Part shown: positions 1-12,938 of the stretch, piece after piece
Layout of the letters: each line of letters starts with the position of its first letter
How positions within the stretch are numbered: the first letter of the stretch is position 1
Assembly (NCBI RefSeq): GCF_009914755.1
Contig: NC_060937.1
Length of the DNA: 64,000 bases
DNA from: the human T2T-CHM13v2.0 reference genome, Homo sapiens
Direction: 5' to 3' (one strand)
Program-made: the position numbers and the translations under genes
Notes under the pieces: model-generated
What the model saw: only the letters and a program-made list of their open reading frames with translations
Told to the model about the DNA's origin: nothing
Database searches by the model: none

Positions 1-549
1 TAAATTTTTATTTTGTGAATACATTGTCTTTAGAATCTCTTTAAATGAGGGGAAAAGGTGGCTTTTGTTACACTTTAAAATATGATTTAGATTATTAAAA
101 TGTTGACTTACATACAACATTTCGAGATAATATTTAGCTTAAAATATCTTGAATGTAAAATCATCTTAAAATCAATTTTAGATTTTTTATGAATTTAATA
201 TATCCTTATAACCATCTTTTATTGGAGGTATTGCTAAAAATATATTCACAAATTGATTGGTATCATCCCTTCAAGTTCCCCTAAAATGTAAGTAAGAGTC
301 ATTTTGAAGATACAGTTGAACTGCAAAACTTTACTCAGATATACAGTTTGTTACATGCATTCATAATTGATTTTTTCAATTTGGGTTTCCATTTTAGCAT
401 CATATTTTAACTATGCTGACAGTGCACTTTCTCATACTCCTGATTGTTTTTCCACTCTAGCCTAGTCAACAATATCATTTTCATGAGATTTTGGTGAAGC
501 ATCTACATCTATAACTAGAAAGGCACAGAAATTAGAACCAAAGAACTAA

Positions 550-812
550 CAATCAAATCTCAGATTTCCTATGTATAAACTCTACAACCTTAAGAAATTT
601 CATGAACCAAATTAAGAAAATTATTGGTTTGGTTTGAATAATTTCATTAACCAAATCAATGAAATTATTCAAACTCTCTGTGAGACAGTTTTCTCATTTG
701 TAAACTCTGCATAACAATAGTGCTGAGATCATAAGATGCTGATGAAGAGTAAATGCCTTATATAAAATGTTTAGAAGAGTCTTTGGCCAGATAATTTTAA
801 TAAAAATGTTTT
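550..812 (+). mobile_element. MIR SINE fragment (degenerate)
   Basis: MIR core-like 'ctctctgtgagacagttttctcatttgtaaa...ataacaatagtg'; boundaries approximate. Confidence 0.6.
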
Positions 813-1048
813 GTATTTCTACTTTAAAGTACATTTAGTCACTATAATCAAATAATATATAATTTGACATCTATTTGTTGCATTCCTGGGTGTTTGCTAA
901 GGACAAAGCCTGAGTAAGAGCATTGCTCCCCCCATCATTACAAAGCTAATAGTAAAACATTGTTATTTTAATACCTCTCATAAGATTTATAAAAACTGAC
1001 ACGTTTGTATTACTTCTCTTTGTACCAGATTTAAATGGAGATATTGAG

Positions 1049-1762
<714 letters not shown>

Positions 1763-2462
1763 GCATACGTTGCATGTAGTGTCTTATTCTATACAAAGGT
1801 AAGCATAATTTATATCACTGGCAAAAGCCTCCACTAATCTTTGCAACTATGGGACAGCAAAAGTTTTCTCATGATATCCTCTACCATCATCTCTATCTGA
1901 TCTTGGGTTATCACTTTTTAAGAGACATGACCAAATAGTTCTGGAGATTCATTTCCTTCTCCTTTTTAGTAACAGAGAGTTGTTTCAATTGAACTGTGTA
2001 TGCCTGTAGAAAGATAAGACTGTCACATCATCATTCCTGGTACCAAAGTTCTTCTTAGAGCCCTTGTATGTACACCTTGTCCCTCAGTATGCACACTCTG
2101 TAGCATACTTCCTGGGCCCAGTAATTCTTGTTAATTTGACAAACTAGGTGTTTGCTAACACATTTTATGCTAATCTTTAATTCTATAAATGTCTGCAGAA
2201 GCGTGGAGTAGTGTTTACTCTCTCTCAGAATATTGACCATGGCCCATATAGAACATACGATGTTTACATATAGTAATCATGAAAAAAAATCAACTTATCA
2301 ACATAGACACTTAAAAACTGCCTGACATAAAATAGTAATAGAAACATATTAATACTAGAAAGTAGATTTTAATTAACATTTCAAGTCATGACAGTTAAAT
2401 AGACAAAATAAAATATATTGGAATATAGAATATTTTTTAAATAATGATTAATGAAAGTATAG

Positions 2463-2626
2463 AAAAATATCATTTTATTTCAATAGAAAATACCTCTATA
2501 AATTAACAACACACAGAAAGTAATGATAAAGCAACATCTGCTTGTAAATTAATTAACATAACAGAAAGCAAAACAAAACAAAAAACTCTGTCCCAAATCA
2601 TGGGTAAAGAATACAACATATCTAAA
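2463..2626 (+). repeat. Donor copy of 164-bp local duplication
   Basis: Matches 4355-4518 with 2 mismatches by direct comparison. Confidence 0.97.
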
Positions 2627-3111
2627 ATTTCTGAAGGCCTAGAATATATTATACCAAAGTGAAATACTCTGTATCAGAAACTATGAAATGTCAACAAAGT
2701 AATGAGCTATGAAATATTCATTTTTTAACTCCTGGGATTTATAAGTTAATAGAAATCAATGAAATTGTAATGATTATGCAGCCAACTCAAACACTTACAA
2801 AAACAACAAAATTAACAAAAAAGGCAAAAGGAAGGCATTAATAAAATATCAACTATTGTATAAGAAGTATTAAAATAAATTTATAACTCCAATAGCCAAA
2901 AAACTTTTAAATAAAATTATGACATAAAAATATTAGCTAATATGGCAGAATAATTTATCCACATCTATTAAATAAATGTATAGTAATAAAAAAGAGAAAA
3001 TAAGTCATAGCTCTTTTGCTAAATGCTTACAAAAATTATCAAACCTTTAAAGGGGACTGTCTCCAGAAAAATGCAATTTACTAAATCTGAATCCAGAAAA
3101 GAGATAACATG

Positions 3112-3461
3112 TGATATGGTTTGGCTGTGTCCCCACCAAAATCTCATCTTGAATTATAGCTCCCATAATCCCCATGTGTCGTGGGAGGGAGATAATTGGA
3201 TCATGGTGGTGGTTACCCTCAGGCTGTTCTCCTGACAGTGAGTGAGTTCTTATGAGATCTGATGGTTTTATAAGGGGCTTCCCCCTTCGCTGGGCACCCA
3301 TTCTCTCTCCTGCCACCCTGTGAAGAGGTGCCTTCTGCCATGATTGTAAGTTTCCTGAGGCCTCCAAGCCATGCAGAACTGTGAGTCAATTAAACCTCTT
3401 TAAATTATAAATTACCCAGTCTCAGGTATTTCTTCATAGAAGCATACAAATGCATAATACA
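3112..3461 (+). mobile_element. THE1 (THE1C/D-like) solo LTR
   Basis: 'tgatatggtttggctgtgtcccc...taataca' with perfect 5-bp TSD ACATG (3107-3111, 3462-3466). Confidence 0.95.
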
Positions 3462-3472
3462 ACATGTAAAAA

Positions 3473-4745
3473 TTTAATAAATGGTGCTGAGAAAACTGGC
3501 AAGCCACATGTGGAATGAAACTGGATCTTCATCTGCCACCTTATATAAAAATCAACTCAAGATAGATGAAAGACTTAAATCTAAGACATGAAACCATAAA
3601 GATTCTAGAAGATAATATAAAAAAAAAACTCTTCTAGACATTGGCTTAGGAAAATAATTCCTGACTAAGAACTCAAAAGCAAATGCAACAAAAACAAAAA
3701 TAAATTAATGGGACCTAATTAAACTAAAAGCATTTGCACAGTAAGAGAAATAATCAGCAGAGTAAAAGGACAACCCACAGAGTGGGAGAAAGTATTTGCA
3801 AACCATGCATCCGACAAATCACTAATACTCAGAATCTACAAGGAAATCAAACAAATCAGCAAGAAAAAAAATAAACAATCACACCAAAAAGTGGGCAAAG
3901 GACATGAATAGACAATTCTCAAGAGAAGATACACAAACAGCCAACAGACATACGAAAAACTGCTCAACTTCACTAATTATCATGGAAATGCAAATCAAAA
4001 CCACGAGATGCCAGTTTGTTACTTTAAGAATGGCCATAATTAAAAAATAAAAAAAGAATGGATGTTGGTGTGGACATAGTTAAAAGGGAACACTTTTTTA
4101 CACTGCTGTTGAAGTATAAATTAGTATCACCACTGTGGAAAACAGTATGGAGATTCTTTAAAGAACTAAAGTAGAACTATCATTCAATCCAGCAATCCCA
4201 GTGCTCAGTATCTACCAAAAGGATAGATATATGAAAGTTAATATATGAAAAAAAAACCATACACACAAAATGGAACAAAATAGTGGTCTTTGCAGCAACT
4301 TGGATGAAGCTGGAGGCCATTATTCTAAGTGAAGTAACTCAGGAATGGAAAACCAAAAATATCATTTTATTTCAATAGAAAATACCTCTATAAATTAACA
4401 ACACACAGAAAGTAATGAGAAAGCAACATCTGCTTGTAAATTAATTAACATAACAGAAAGCAAAACAAAACAAAAAACTCTGTCCTAAATCATGGGTAAA
4501 GAATACAACATATCTAAATTGCATATTCTCATTTGGAAGTAGGAGGTAAGCTATAGGGATGCAAAGAAAAAAGAATGATATAATGGGCTTTGGGGCTCTG
4601 GAAGGGGTTAGGGCAGTAAGGAATAGAAGACTACATATTGGGTACACTGTACACTGCTTGGGTGATGGGTGCATCAAAATCTCAGAAATCACCAATAAGG
4701 AACTTGTCCATGTAACCAAAAACCAGCTGTATCCGAAACTAAAAT
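3473..4745 (+). mobile_element. 5'-truncated L1PB-like element (ORF2 3' end + 3'UTR)
   Basis: 'aataaatggtgctg...aaactggatc'; 3'UTR 'ggtgatgggtgcatcaaaatctcagaaatcacc...catgtaaccaaaaacc' typical of L1PB. Confidence 0.9.
4355..4518 (+). repeat. Inserted copy of 164-bp local duplication inside the L1PB
   Basis: Interrupts the L1 motif 'gaaaaccaaa|...|ttgcatattctca'. Confidence 0.97.
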
Positions 4746-5351
4746 ATGATAAAAGATTAATGATTTTCTCCAAAAACTATTAGTTATATATATATTTTCA
4801 TAAAGAAACTTTAAGAAACATTCAGGGCAGGTAATTTCTATGGTATGTTAATACTTCCAGAACATGGGAGAGGAGTGGGTAGAAAGCTCTCAATTTTATT
4901 TTCTGAAAGAAGTATGGTATTGAAACCTAAAGAAACACTGAGAAGACTATAAGCCAATATCATATATGGCAATTGACATGAGATCATAAATAAAATGTTA
5001 GGAAATAGAATTTAGAAACCCATTACAAAAATAATGTATTATATCATGCATATCCTAAGGTTTCAGGTTTCCTTCAATATTAATAAGGCTATTATTAAAC
5101 ATGAACAGAAATTTGATAAATCTAATATGTATCCTTGATTTTTTAAAAAATCAATAAAATAAATATAATGGATAAATCCTTATTATTGGAAAATTTATCT
5201 GATCAAACCAAAGAGCAATTCTCATGCTTTGGGGAAAATATTAGAAGTATTTGCATTGAAATGCAGACTTTATACACTAAAGTGTTGAGTGAAATGTAGC
5301 CACAGCATACACTTTTGTACATCATCACTCATTCTTGCATCTTGTCTTCAT

Positions 5352-5452
5352 CCATTCTTCCTTCCTGTCCTTTTTTACCTTCTTGCTTTCCACCTTCCTT
5401 TCTTATTCCTCCCCTCCTTCCCTCTTTTCCTTCTTTCATTCCTCCCTCTCAT
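5352..5452. repeat. CT-rich low-complexity polypyrimidine tract
   Basis: About 100 bp, nearly all C/T. Confidence 0.8.
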
Positions 5453-5594
5453 TTATTCACTGTCTTTTACACTTCTAACCCATACTTACTCTCATCCACT
5501 CATTGTCAACATCTCCATTGTGTTTAATTTATATATTTTGTTTCAATTAGTACTAACAACATGCATGTTGTTGCTTCGTGTGCATGTATTTTTT

Positions 5595-6650
5595 AAAATA
5601 AACTATTTATTTTATAGCAGTTTTGGGTACATGGAAAATTGACAGAAAAACACAAAGATTCTCCATATACATTATGTCCCCACACATGCATAGCCTTCCT
5701 CATTGTCAATGTATACACTAAAAGTAAGAATTTGAATTTTTATCCTAAATAAAATTAGAATTTTACACTAAATTAGAATTATATACACTAAAGCGACTTC
5801 TTTGTTGCAATTGATGAACTTACATTGAAACATTTTTATCACTCAACATCCATTGTTTACATGGGGGTTCACTCTTGGTGTGGCGCATTCCATGAGCTTG
5901 GAAAAAAAGTATTATGACATGTAACCATGAGTTTAATATCTTACAGAGTATTTTCTCTGCTGTAAAAATCCTCTGTTCTCCATATATTCAACCCTACTCA
6001 CAACTATTGGAAATGACTATTTCTGCTGTTTCCATAGTTTGCCTTTTCCAGAATTTCTTATAGTTGGGGTCATAAAGTATGTGGCCTCTTTAGACTGGAT
6101 TATTTCACTTAGTAGTATTAATTTAAGATTTCCCCCATGTCTTTTTCTTTTCTCTCTTTTTTCTTTTTTTTAGATGGACTTTCACTCTTGTTGCCCAGGC
6201 TGGAGTACAATGGCACAATCTAGGCTCACTGCAACCTCTGCCTACTCCGGAGTTCAAGCTATTCTCCTGCTTCAGCCTCCCAAGTAGCTGGGATTACAGG
6301 CACCTGCAACGATGCCCAGATAATTTTTTGTATTTTTAGTAGAGATGGGGTTTCACTATGTTTGCCAGCTGGTCTCAAACTCCGGACCTCAAGCGATCCA
6401 CCTGCTGTGGCCTCCCAAAGTGCTGGGATTACAAGCATGAGCCACTGTGCCTGGCCCCTTCCATGCCTTTTTATGGACTGATAGCTCATTTTTCTTCAAC
6501 ACTGAATAATATTCCCTTTTCTGGATATACCAGATTTATTTATCAATTCACCTGAAGAAATATTTTGGTTAATTATATGCTTGGGCATTATGAATAAAGC
6601 TGCTATAAGCATTGATGTGTAGACTTTAGGGTGACCGTTAAGCTTTCAAT
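5595..6650 (-). mobile_element. L1MC-like 3' end, interrupted by an Alu
   Basis: 'tttattttatagcagttttgggtacatggaaaattga...ccccacacatgcatagcc' resembles the antisense L1MC1/2 3'UTR. Confidence 0.8.
6142..6456 (-). mobile_element. AluS (Sq-like)
   Basis: 'tttcactcttgttgcccaggctggagtacaatggc'; degenerate TSD ccatgtcttttt / ccatgccttttt. Confidence 0.95.
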
Positions 6651-6659
6651 TATGTCCCT

Positions 6660-7600
6660 TTTTTCAGACTATGGAACAGGTTTGTTGTTTATTTGGGTTT
6701 GGGTTTTTATTTGCCTTTTGGTGTGCCTTACAATATTTTCTTGATAGTCAGATATGATATATGGGGTAAAAGGAACTCTGGTAGCAGGTCTTTAGCAGTG
6801 AGATGTTAAGGTGCAGGGAGAGGGAGTGGGTGTGGAGAAGCAGTCTCTAGCCCTACAATAAGATCTCAATATTCTAGTGTGCCTGCTGGGCTGTCAACTT
6901 TACAAATGCTTCTCACCTTCTGCCCTCCCACCCCTTAAGAGAGACAGAATGGCTAGAATTGGCTGAAGTTGGGTATTTCCCTTCCTCCACAAGGAAGAAG
7001 AGAGCCAGATAGAGTTGAATATTTTCCCATATCACCAATTAGTTAAGCTCTGTTGAAATGCCAGCAGGCAAGGTTCTGGTTAAATAGTCACTCCTGAGGG
7101 AAGACTTTGTTAAGAAGAACAGAATGCTCTCGTGCATTTCAAAATAGTTCCTTTTCTCCTCATCTTGCCAGAAGCATAAAAAGATTTTTATCAGATAGTC
7201 AATGTGAGAACCAGGTCAAACTCCTGGAGATAAAACTTACAAAAATATAGATGCCTTCCTGTGACTGGGTCCTCCTGGAGATTTTCACCCTCAGAGTAGT
7301 CCCCAGTGAGCTTCCAGCAATTCGTCAATTACAGTTCAGGTTTTCCTGCAAAGCATTGGTTCCTAAAGAGCTTTACACTTATGAGTTTCTATTCCTGTAA
7401 GTTGTGATTCTCTCTAGATCTGTCTTTTTGGTATTTCCAGTTTTGGGGGCAGTAGGTTGTCTTATATCCTCGTTCCTCTTATGGATCTATAAAGAGTTGT
7501 GGATTTTTCAGTTTCTCCAGTTGTTTACTTATTTTTAGGACGGAGTAGCAACTTCCAAACTTCTTACATGCTGAGCTAGGAAACAGAAATCTCCTGCATG
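6660..7600 (-). mobile_element. Ancient L1M 5' region (L1M4/L1MC-type 5'UTR)
   Basis: 'gagacagaatggctagaattggctgaagttgggtatttccc', 'ccagcaattcgtcaattacagttcaggttttcc' recalled from old L1 5' ends. Confidence 0.65.
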
Positions 7601-7772
7601 TATCTTTAATTTTTGAAAATGATATTGTGTTTTATGTTCTATTATTAGCCACTAGCTAATAATAGAACGAGATGAGAAAAATGTTGTGAAAAATGTTATG
7701 AAAAAGGAGATGAAAAAAATGTTGTGAAAGTAACTCATTAATATTGTATTATTAATCACTTAGAATACAATG

Positions 7773-8046
7773 TATTTATTTATTTATTTTTATTATACTT
7801 TAAGTTTTAGAGTACATGTGCACAGAGTGCAGGTTTTTTACATATGTATACATGTGCCATGTTGGAGTGCTGCACCTCTTAACTTGTCATTTAACATTAG
7901 GTGTATCTCCTAATGCTATCCCTCCCCACTCTCCCCACCCCACAACAGGCCCCGGTGTGTGATGTTCCCCTTCCTGTGTCGATGTGTTCTCATTGTTCAA
8001 TTCCCACCTATGAGGGAGAACATGCGGTGTTTGGTTTTTTGTCCTT
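7773..8046 (-). mobile_element. Short 5'-truncated young L1PA 3' end
   Basis: 'ttattatactttaagttttag...catgtgccatgttgg...cattgttcaattcccacctatgag'. Confidence 0.95.
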
Positions 8047-8049
8047 ATT

Positions 8050-8570
8050 TAATAGTGTATTTGGCAATGTGAAGGAGACTTAAAAAGATTCATTAGTTTT
8101 TTTTTTAAGTAAGCAATTGAATTGTAATAATCAACTAATTGGAGATTTAAAAAATTGGAAAGTGTTGACGTCATCACCATTTGAATCAATGGTGAAATAT
8201 AATATAAATTTGAATAGGAAGACACCATCATCATAAGATATACATTGTTCCTACGTTAGTATATAATTTAAACATTATTTCAAATGAAAGTGCAAGATGA
8301 CTCTAAATTTCATATAGAAAAATAAGTTTCAAAAGTAAACACAAAAACAAAAACAAACCCAAAAATGATTGAGGAGAGACTCAATCTACTGGATTTAAAA
8401 ACATATAAGAAATTTAGAATTCTATTAATATATTTCAGAGACATGAATAGACAAAAAGATCAACAGACTAAATAGAAAGTAGAGATGATGTGAACTTATT
8501 TATATAGAAATTCAGTATACAGATTATCTGCCACTAAACTGACTTTTTAAGAAAATTAAAAAAAAATCTA
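8050..8570 (+). mobile_element. Ancient L1M ORF2 remnant (continuation)
   Basis: 'gatgactctaaatttcatatagaaaaataa', 'catgaatagacaaaaagatcaacagactaaatagaaagt'. Confidence 0.55.
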
Positions 8571-8581
8571 TTTCTAGAAAT

Positions 8582-9287
8582 TGAGAAAGGAGAGAAAAAA
8601 GAACAAGTTAGGCAGATAGTTAGGACAAGGTCTCAGTAGAAGTCTTTCCAACAAAAGAGCAGCCTGGAAGAAATCAAGCTGCAAGCGCTGATAAGGAAGT
8701 AAGGTCCAATGACTTTGTTTCTTGTCCAACCAGCAAGCTCCACCTATACACAGTGGACTTCAGTGAGGACATTCCTTTCCTTTTTGGGCATACTCAGATA
8801 AGGGAACTTGCACAGAGTTCTTGCCTAAGACAGGTCTGCAGCTGTATAGATAAGTTACACAGAACCAGGCATGTCTGGAGTGGAAAATTCCAGCATCTGA
8901 TGCATGCACAGTAAGAGAGGTGAAACAATATGGAGTAACTCAGGCTAAGAGCCTGCATACACACTAGAGGGATGGGGTGGAGTTAACAGTAAGTTGCACC
9001 TTATGAAAATAAAAAACCCAGCCCTAACCATTTTTTCGTGCCTTATGCAAATGAAAAACCCCACCCATTAGCTTGTTTATGAAAGCTTTTGCATTCGACT
9101 GTGTGATGGCAACCCTCTCAGGCCCCCTCTCCACTGTGGAGACCTTTTGTCTTTCACTTATTAAACTTTCACTCCAACCTCACCCTTGGTGGCCATGCTC
9201 CTTAATTTTCTTGGTTGTGAGACAAAGAACTCCAGGTAATATCTCAGACAACGATACTGCTGCTTCAGTGACCCTAGACTGCTTCCA
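8582..9287 (+). mobile_element. ERV1 (MER4-group, MER50/MER83-like) LTR
   Basis: TG start 'tgagaaaggaga', 'aaatcaagctgca', polyA signal 'attaaactttcactccaacc', U5 'gagacaaagaactcc'; subfamily uncertain. Confidence 0.8.
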
Positions 9288-9949
9288 AGTAAACATACTA
9301 TTTTCTGTTTTTACAAGTTATAATGTCTCTCAACATAAACAATACATTCAGTATTTTAAATCTGTACAGTCACTTAAAAATACTAGCATAAAGAGAGAAA
9401 ATTAGGGGTGTTAAACATTTGTGGTTGCATATTATTAACACTAAACCTACTGCCATTGATGTCATTTAACATGTCCTTGATGATTGGTTATCATATCTGT
9501 ATAATAGAATAATGGTGGAAATGGTAAGCACATATTTTTGTCCTTTTTTGTAATTTTTCTATTATAATGAAATTTAGGACTGTATTATATATGTGCCATA
9601 TCAAATCAATAGCAAAAAGTAAATTAGATCATAAATCATATTAGGATAAATAAGTAGCAATCTAGGGAAATTTGAATTCACCAAGACGAATTTCACATGC
9701 ATTACTAAATTTATTTGTGTGTGTATGTGTGTGTGTATGTGTGCATTCACCATCATTTTCTCTGTGGAGGATAATTATTTAGCAGAAAGAGAGGAGGAAG
9801 ATTGTTTACTGTCTACCTTTTGTGCTATTTAATTTATGTAACTTTTATTTATTTATATATCAAGACATATTGATTTAAATTATAAACAAGTAAAATATAT
9901 GAAAGAGGTAATTAAGATATTGAGAGACATAAACCCCTTCAATGTATTC

Positions 9950-10062
9950 ATATGTAAATACAAATAATACCTAACTTCCAGATTTACTGTTATACTTAAA
10001 TTAGATTATACATTACAGGTACTAGTACATGAAATACAGTAAGTGCTCAAAATGAATAGCAC
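9950..10062 (+). mobile_element. MIR 3' fragment
   Basis: 'taatacctaacttc...acagtaagtgctcaaaatgaatagc'. Confidence 0.5.
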
Positions 10063-11344
10063 TTGTTACCAAAACAATACTATAGTATCTTTAGTACTAA
10101 ATAGAATAAATTTTCTTTCTTCTTATTAAAAGAAAATGGAAGTCAATCTAGTTTTCCAGACTCAATGAGGTATCATTTACCAAACATGATAGAGAAAGAT
10201 GGGGATAAATCATAAGTTAGAGTGAGGAAATGAAAATCTATCACAACAGTTTCAATGGTAGAAATTTGAATGCCATCAAAAGTTAATCCTTCAAATTTTT
10301 ATGAAAATAATAAACTAAAAGTGTTAATATATTTTTTCATATTCAATGAGATAATTCATTGGTTATCAATGCATTAATAAATAAATATTGGTTGGTACAA
10401 AATAATTTCCTCAACAAACAGAATATCAATACACAAATATCAAGTGACAATTTTTGTTCTATTTTTCATTCTCTCACAAATGTTACAATCTAATTTTCAT
10501 CTTTAATTACTAAGTGTTTCAGATATTACACATCTTAAAAAATATTAGCAAAACCACAAGTCTTTAGAGGCTGCTGTGTAGCTAAAAGTTCTTTCCTCAG
10601 TATGTGGTTATAGTGTGAAATGTAACTGTGAAAATGACATTGTGGGCTGCTATATTTATCCTCTCAAAGACTTGAGCAGCGCATCAAGTTTACTCAGTTT
10701 ATGATTATTTTTATTACTTGATGCTGCAGGCACAACCTGAGAGAAAAATGTACTAGTTACTTTCTGAGTTTTACATCATTGCCCATAACAGAAACTCAGC
10801 ACTTGAATCTAATTGACAAATTGATTGAGTACTCAAGGAGATACTATGCTGATTACATTGGCAAAACTTCATTGATACCTCAGTCCTAAATAGAACTTTA
10901 TTTTATTAGTATGTTTAGTCTTATGTCTGACAATAATGTAAGGCAGAAGAAAAAAATGTTTTCAAAATATTCCCAAGGAAATATATTTAAACTAGAGAAT
11001 CAAATTTTTACCTATTATTAATGGCGACATTTTTATTTTATATAATGCTTTTTAAAAATATAAAAATTGTAGTTATTTTAAAATATTTTTACCAGTTTGG
11101 TTTTTGTTGTTGTTGTTGTTATTGTTGTTATTGGTGGTGGTGTTAGAATAAGTGGCAATTGAGGAATAGAGAAGCATCATACAAAAGAAAATGGGTCTGT
11201 GTGTGAATGTCCATACTTGAAAATAAGAAGACTATCTTACGCACTGTTGTATTATTGGGGAGCATTAACATATGTCAAATATGTTTTTAAACTATAAAGT
11301 ATTGTAGAAATTTAATTAATATTCTTGTATTTTTAAAGAGTATA

Positions 11345-11500
11345 ACAGCCAAGAAAGGCTGGATTTTCATATGGTAACAAACAATTGTAATATCTCAGTG
11401 ACATAAAACAGCAAACATTTATTTTCAATCTTTTTCTTCCAAGAGGGGTCTGTTGATCATATCGCACAGAGCTGCAAACTGATGGAGCCGTCATCATATA
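11345..11500 (-). mobile_element. Old MLT1 (J/K/L-like) fragment
   Basis: 'ggtaacaaacaa...atctcagtgacataaaacagcaaacatttattttc'. Confidence 0.55.
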
Positions 11501-11699
11501 AAATGTTTCTCTGTCCTGTATCAAAAAGAAAATGTATTGTATTGACAAGTAAATTATCTAGACCAACACTTATATGTGTTAACTTTTGCTGTAAGCATTT
11601 ATTGGCTAGCATTAGAAAACCTACTAGCCAACATAAGCCAGAGAAAGCAGATTTATCACATACCAGGTAGTGGGAAAATGGAAAACAATTGTCAGAAGC

Positions 11700-12260
11700 A
11701 ATATCCATTATCGCAGAAAATAAATCTTGAAAAATGGAGTAAAATGAGCAGTAAGAGGATCCATTTCACAACATGAGATTAACAATATTTAAGTTTGACA
11801 TTTCTAAATATTAGCAAGAATGTGGAGCAAAGGGCATTCTTATATACCAGTGGTGGAGTATAAACTGATGCATATCATTAGGGAAAAAATTTTAGAAAAA
11901 CCTAAGAAAGTTAAAGATGTAGAAACCCTAAATCCTAATTCTGCAACAAATTCTACTTTTTCAAAAATCAAAAAGATTGTTCAAGCACATACATAGTTAT
12001 TGAAACTTGCATGTAACAGTGAAATATAAAAACAATCTACATGTCTAAAAGTGCATCAGAGAATTAATAAATAAAAATGATGGCAAACACAAAAACATGC
12101 ACACACATACATAAAAATGAATAAAGTAGAATTGCATGCAGCTATATAAATTAATACTCAAAATTACAAATATTAAATTTTAAAAAGAAAATTAGAGAAT
12201 GATATGCATGATATGCTATTGCATAAAGAATTTAAAAAGCAAAACATAATTATTTATTAT
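11700..12260 (+). mobile_element. L1ME-like 3' fragment
   Basis: 'attagcaagaatgtggagcaaagggcattcttatataccagtggtggagtataaactg'. Confidence 0.7.
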
Positions 12261-12866
12261 TCATAACAGATAAATTCCTAACATGTCATAGGTACTTGTT
12301 ATAACACATTTGTCATCTGTAATTATATATTTAAATTATGTATGAATATTTTTATATAATTTATTACTTCCCATTTATTTATAGTTACTATTTACTCAAT
12401 TTAGTTTTTGATGTACTTAGATTTATTATACTTATTTTTAGTTAACTAAATGTCTTTACAATAAAATATGTGGGGAGTGGGAGAAAATTCTCATAACTGT
12501 AAAAATACAATTAAAGTAAAACTGAAAATTATTAGGCACGGAATGTGGTAAAAAATTAGCCTTTATTAGATGATCATTGTACTCAAACCCTTCAACTCTA
12601 CGCTGTCACATGTAAAGAGCAAAAACAATTTTTTAAAAAATTCTTAAAGTATTGACTATTTTTCCCAAAGATTGAATTTTATTTTAAGTAAGCGGAAAAC
12701 TCTTTTATGCAGTGAGAAATAATAAATCTACTCCCATACCTGCACCATTCAAAATCAGAATAATGTAATTTAAAGACAAACGTAGGTCTTCATACATTTT
12801 TAGAAAAAAATTTCAACCATTTTTAAGACACCATCGATGCTTATCTTAAAATATTCTGCTCAGCCT

Positions 12867-12938
12867 TGAGTCAGCACTGGTCTGGCTACCGTGGTCTCTG
12901 AAAATGACTCATTAAATAATCAAAAATTTTGTGAGTCA
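12867..12938. promoter_or_regulatory. Candidate AP-1 / NRF2-MAF enhancer core (3 x TGASTCA)
   Basis: TGAGTCAGCA 12867-12876, ATGACTCAT 12904-12912, TGAGTCA 12932-12938; motifs only, no functional data. Confidence 0.5.

Larger units (their letters stand above)
2300..5290 (+). mobile_element. Ancient L1M ORF2 remnant, host of nested THE1 and L1PB
   Basis: Degenerate L1 ORF2-like A-rich sequence ('ccagaaaaatgcaatttactaaatctgaatccagaa', 'gactataagccaatatc', 'aaataaaatgttaggaaatagaatt'); edges approximate. Confidence 0.6.

Noticed and set aside
5289-5642. Hydrophobic 117-aa ORF resembling a membrane protein, and similar F/L-rich ORFs at 26774, 38722 and 41371
   Set aside because: An artefact of CT- or T-rich low-complexity or antisense LINE sequence.
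10676-10727. Hairpin gcagc..gcatcaagt / acttgatgctgc as a possible pre-miRNA
   Set aside because: The stem is only about 12 bp with a poorly pairing interior, too short for a Drosha substrate.
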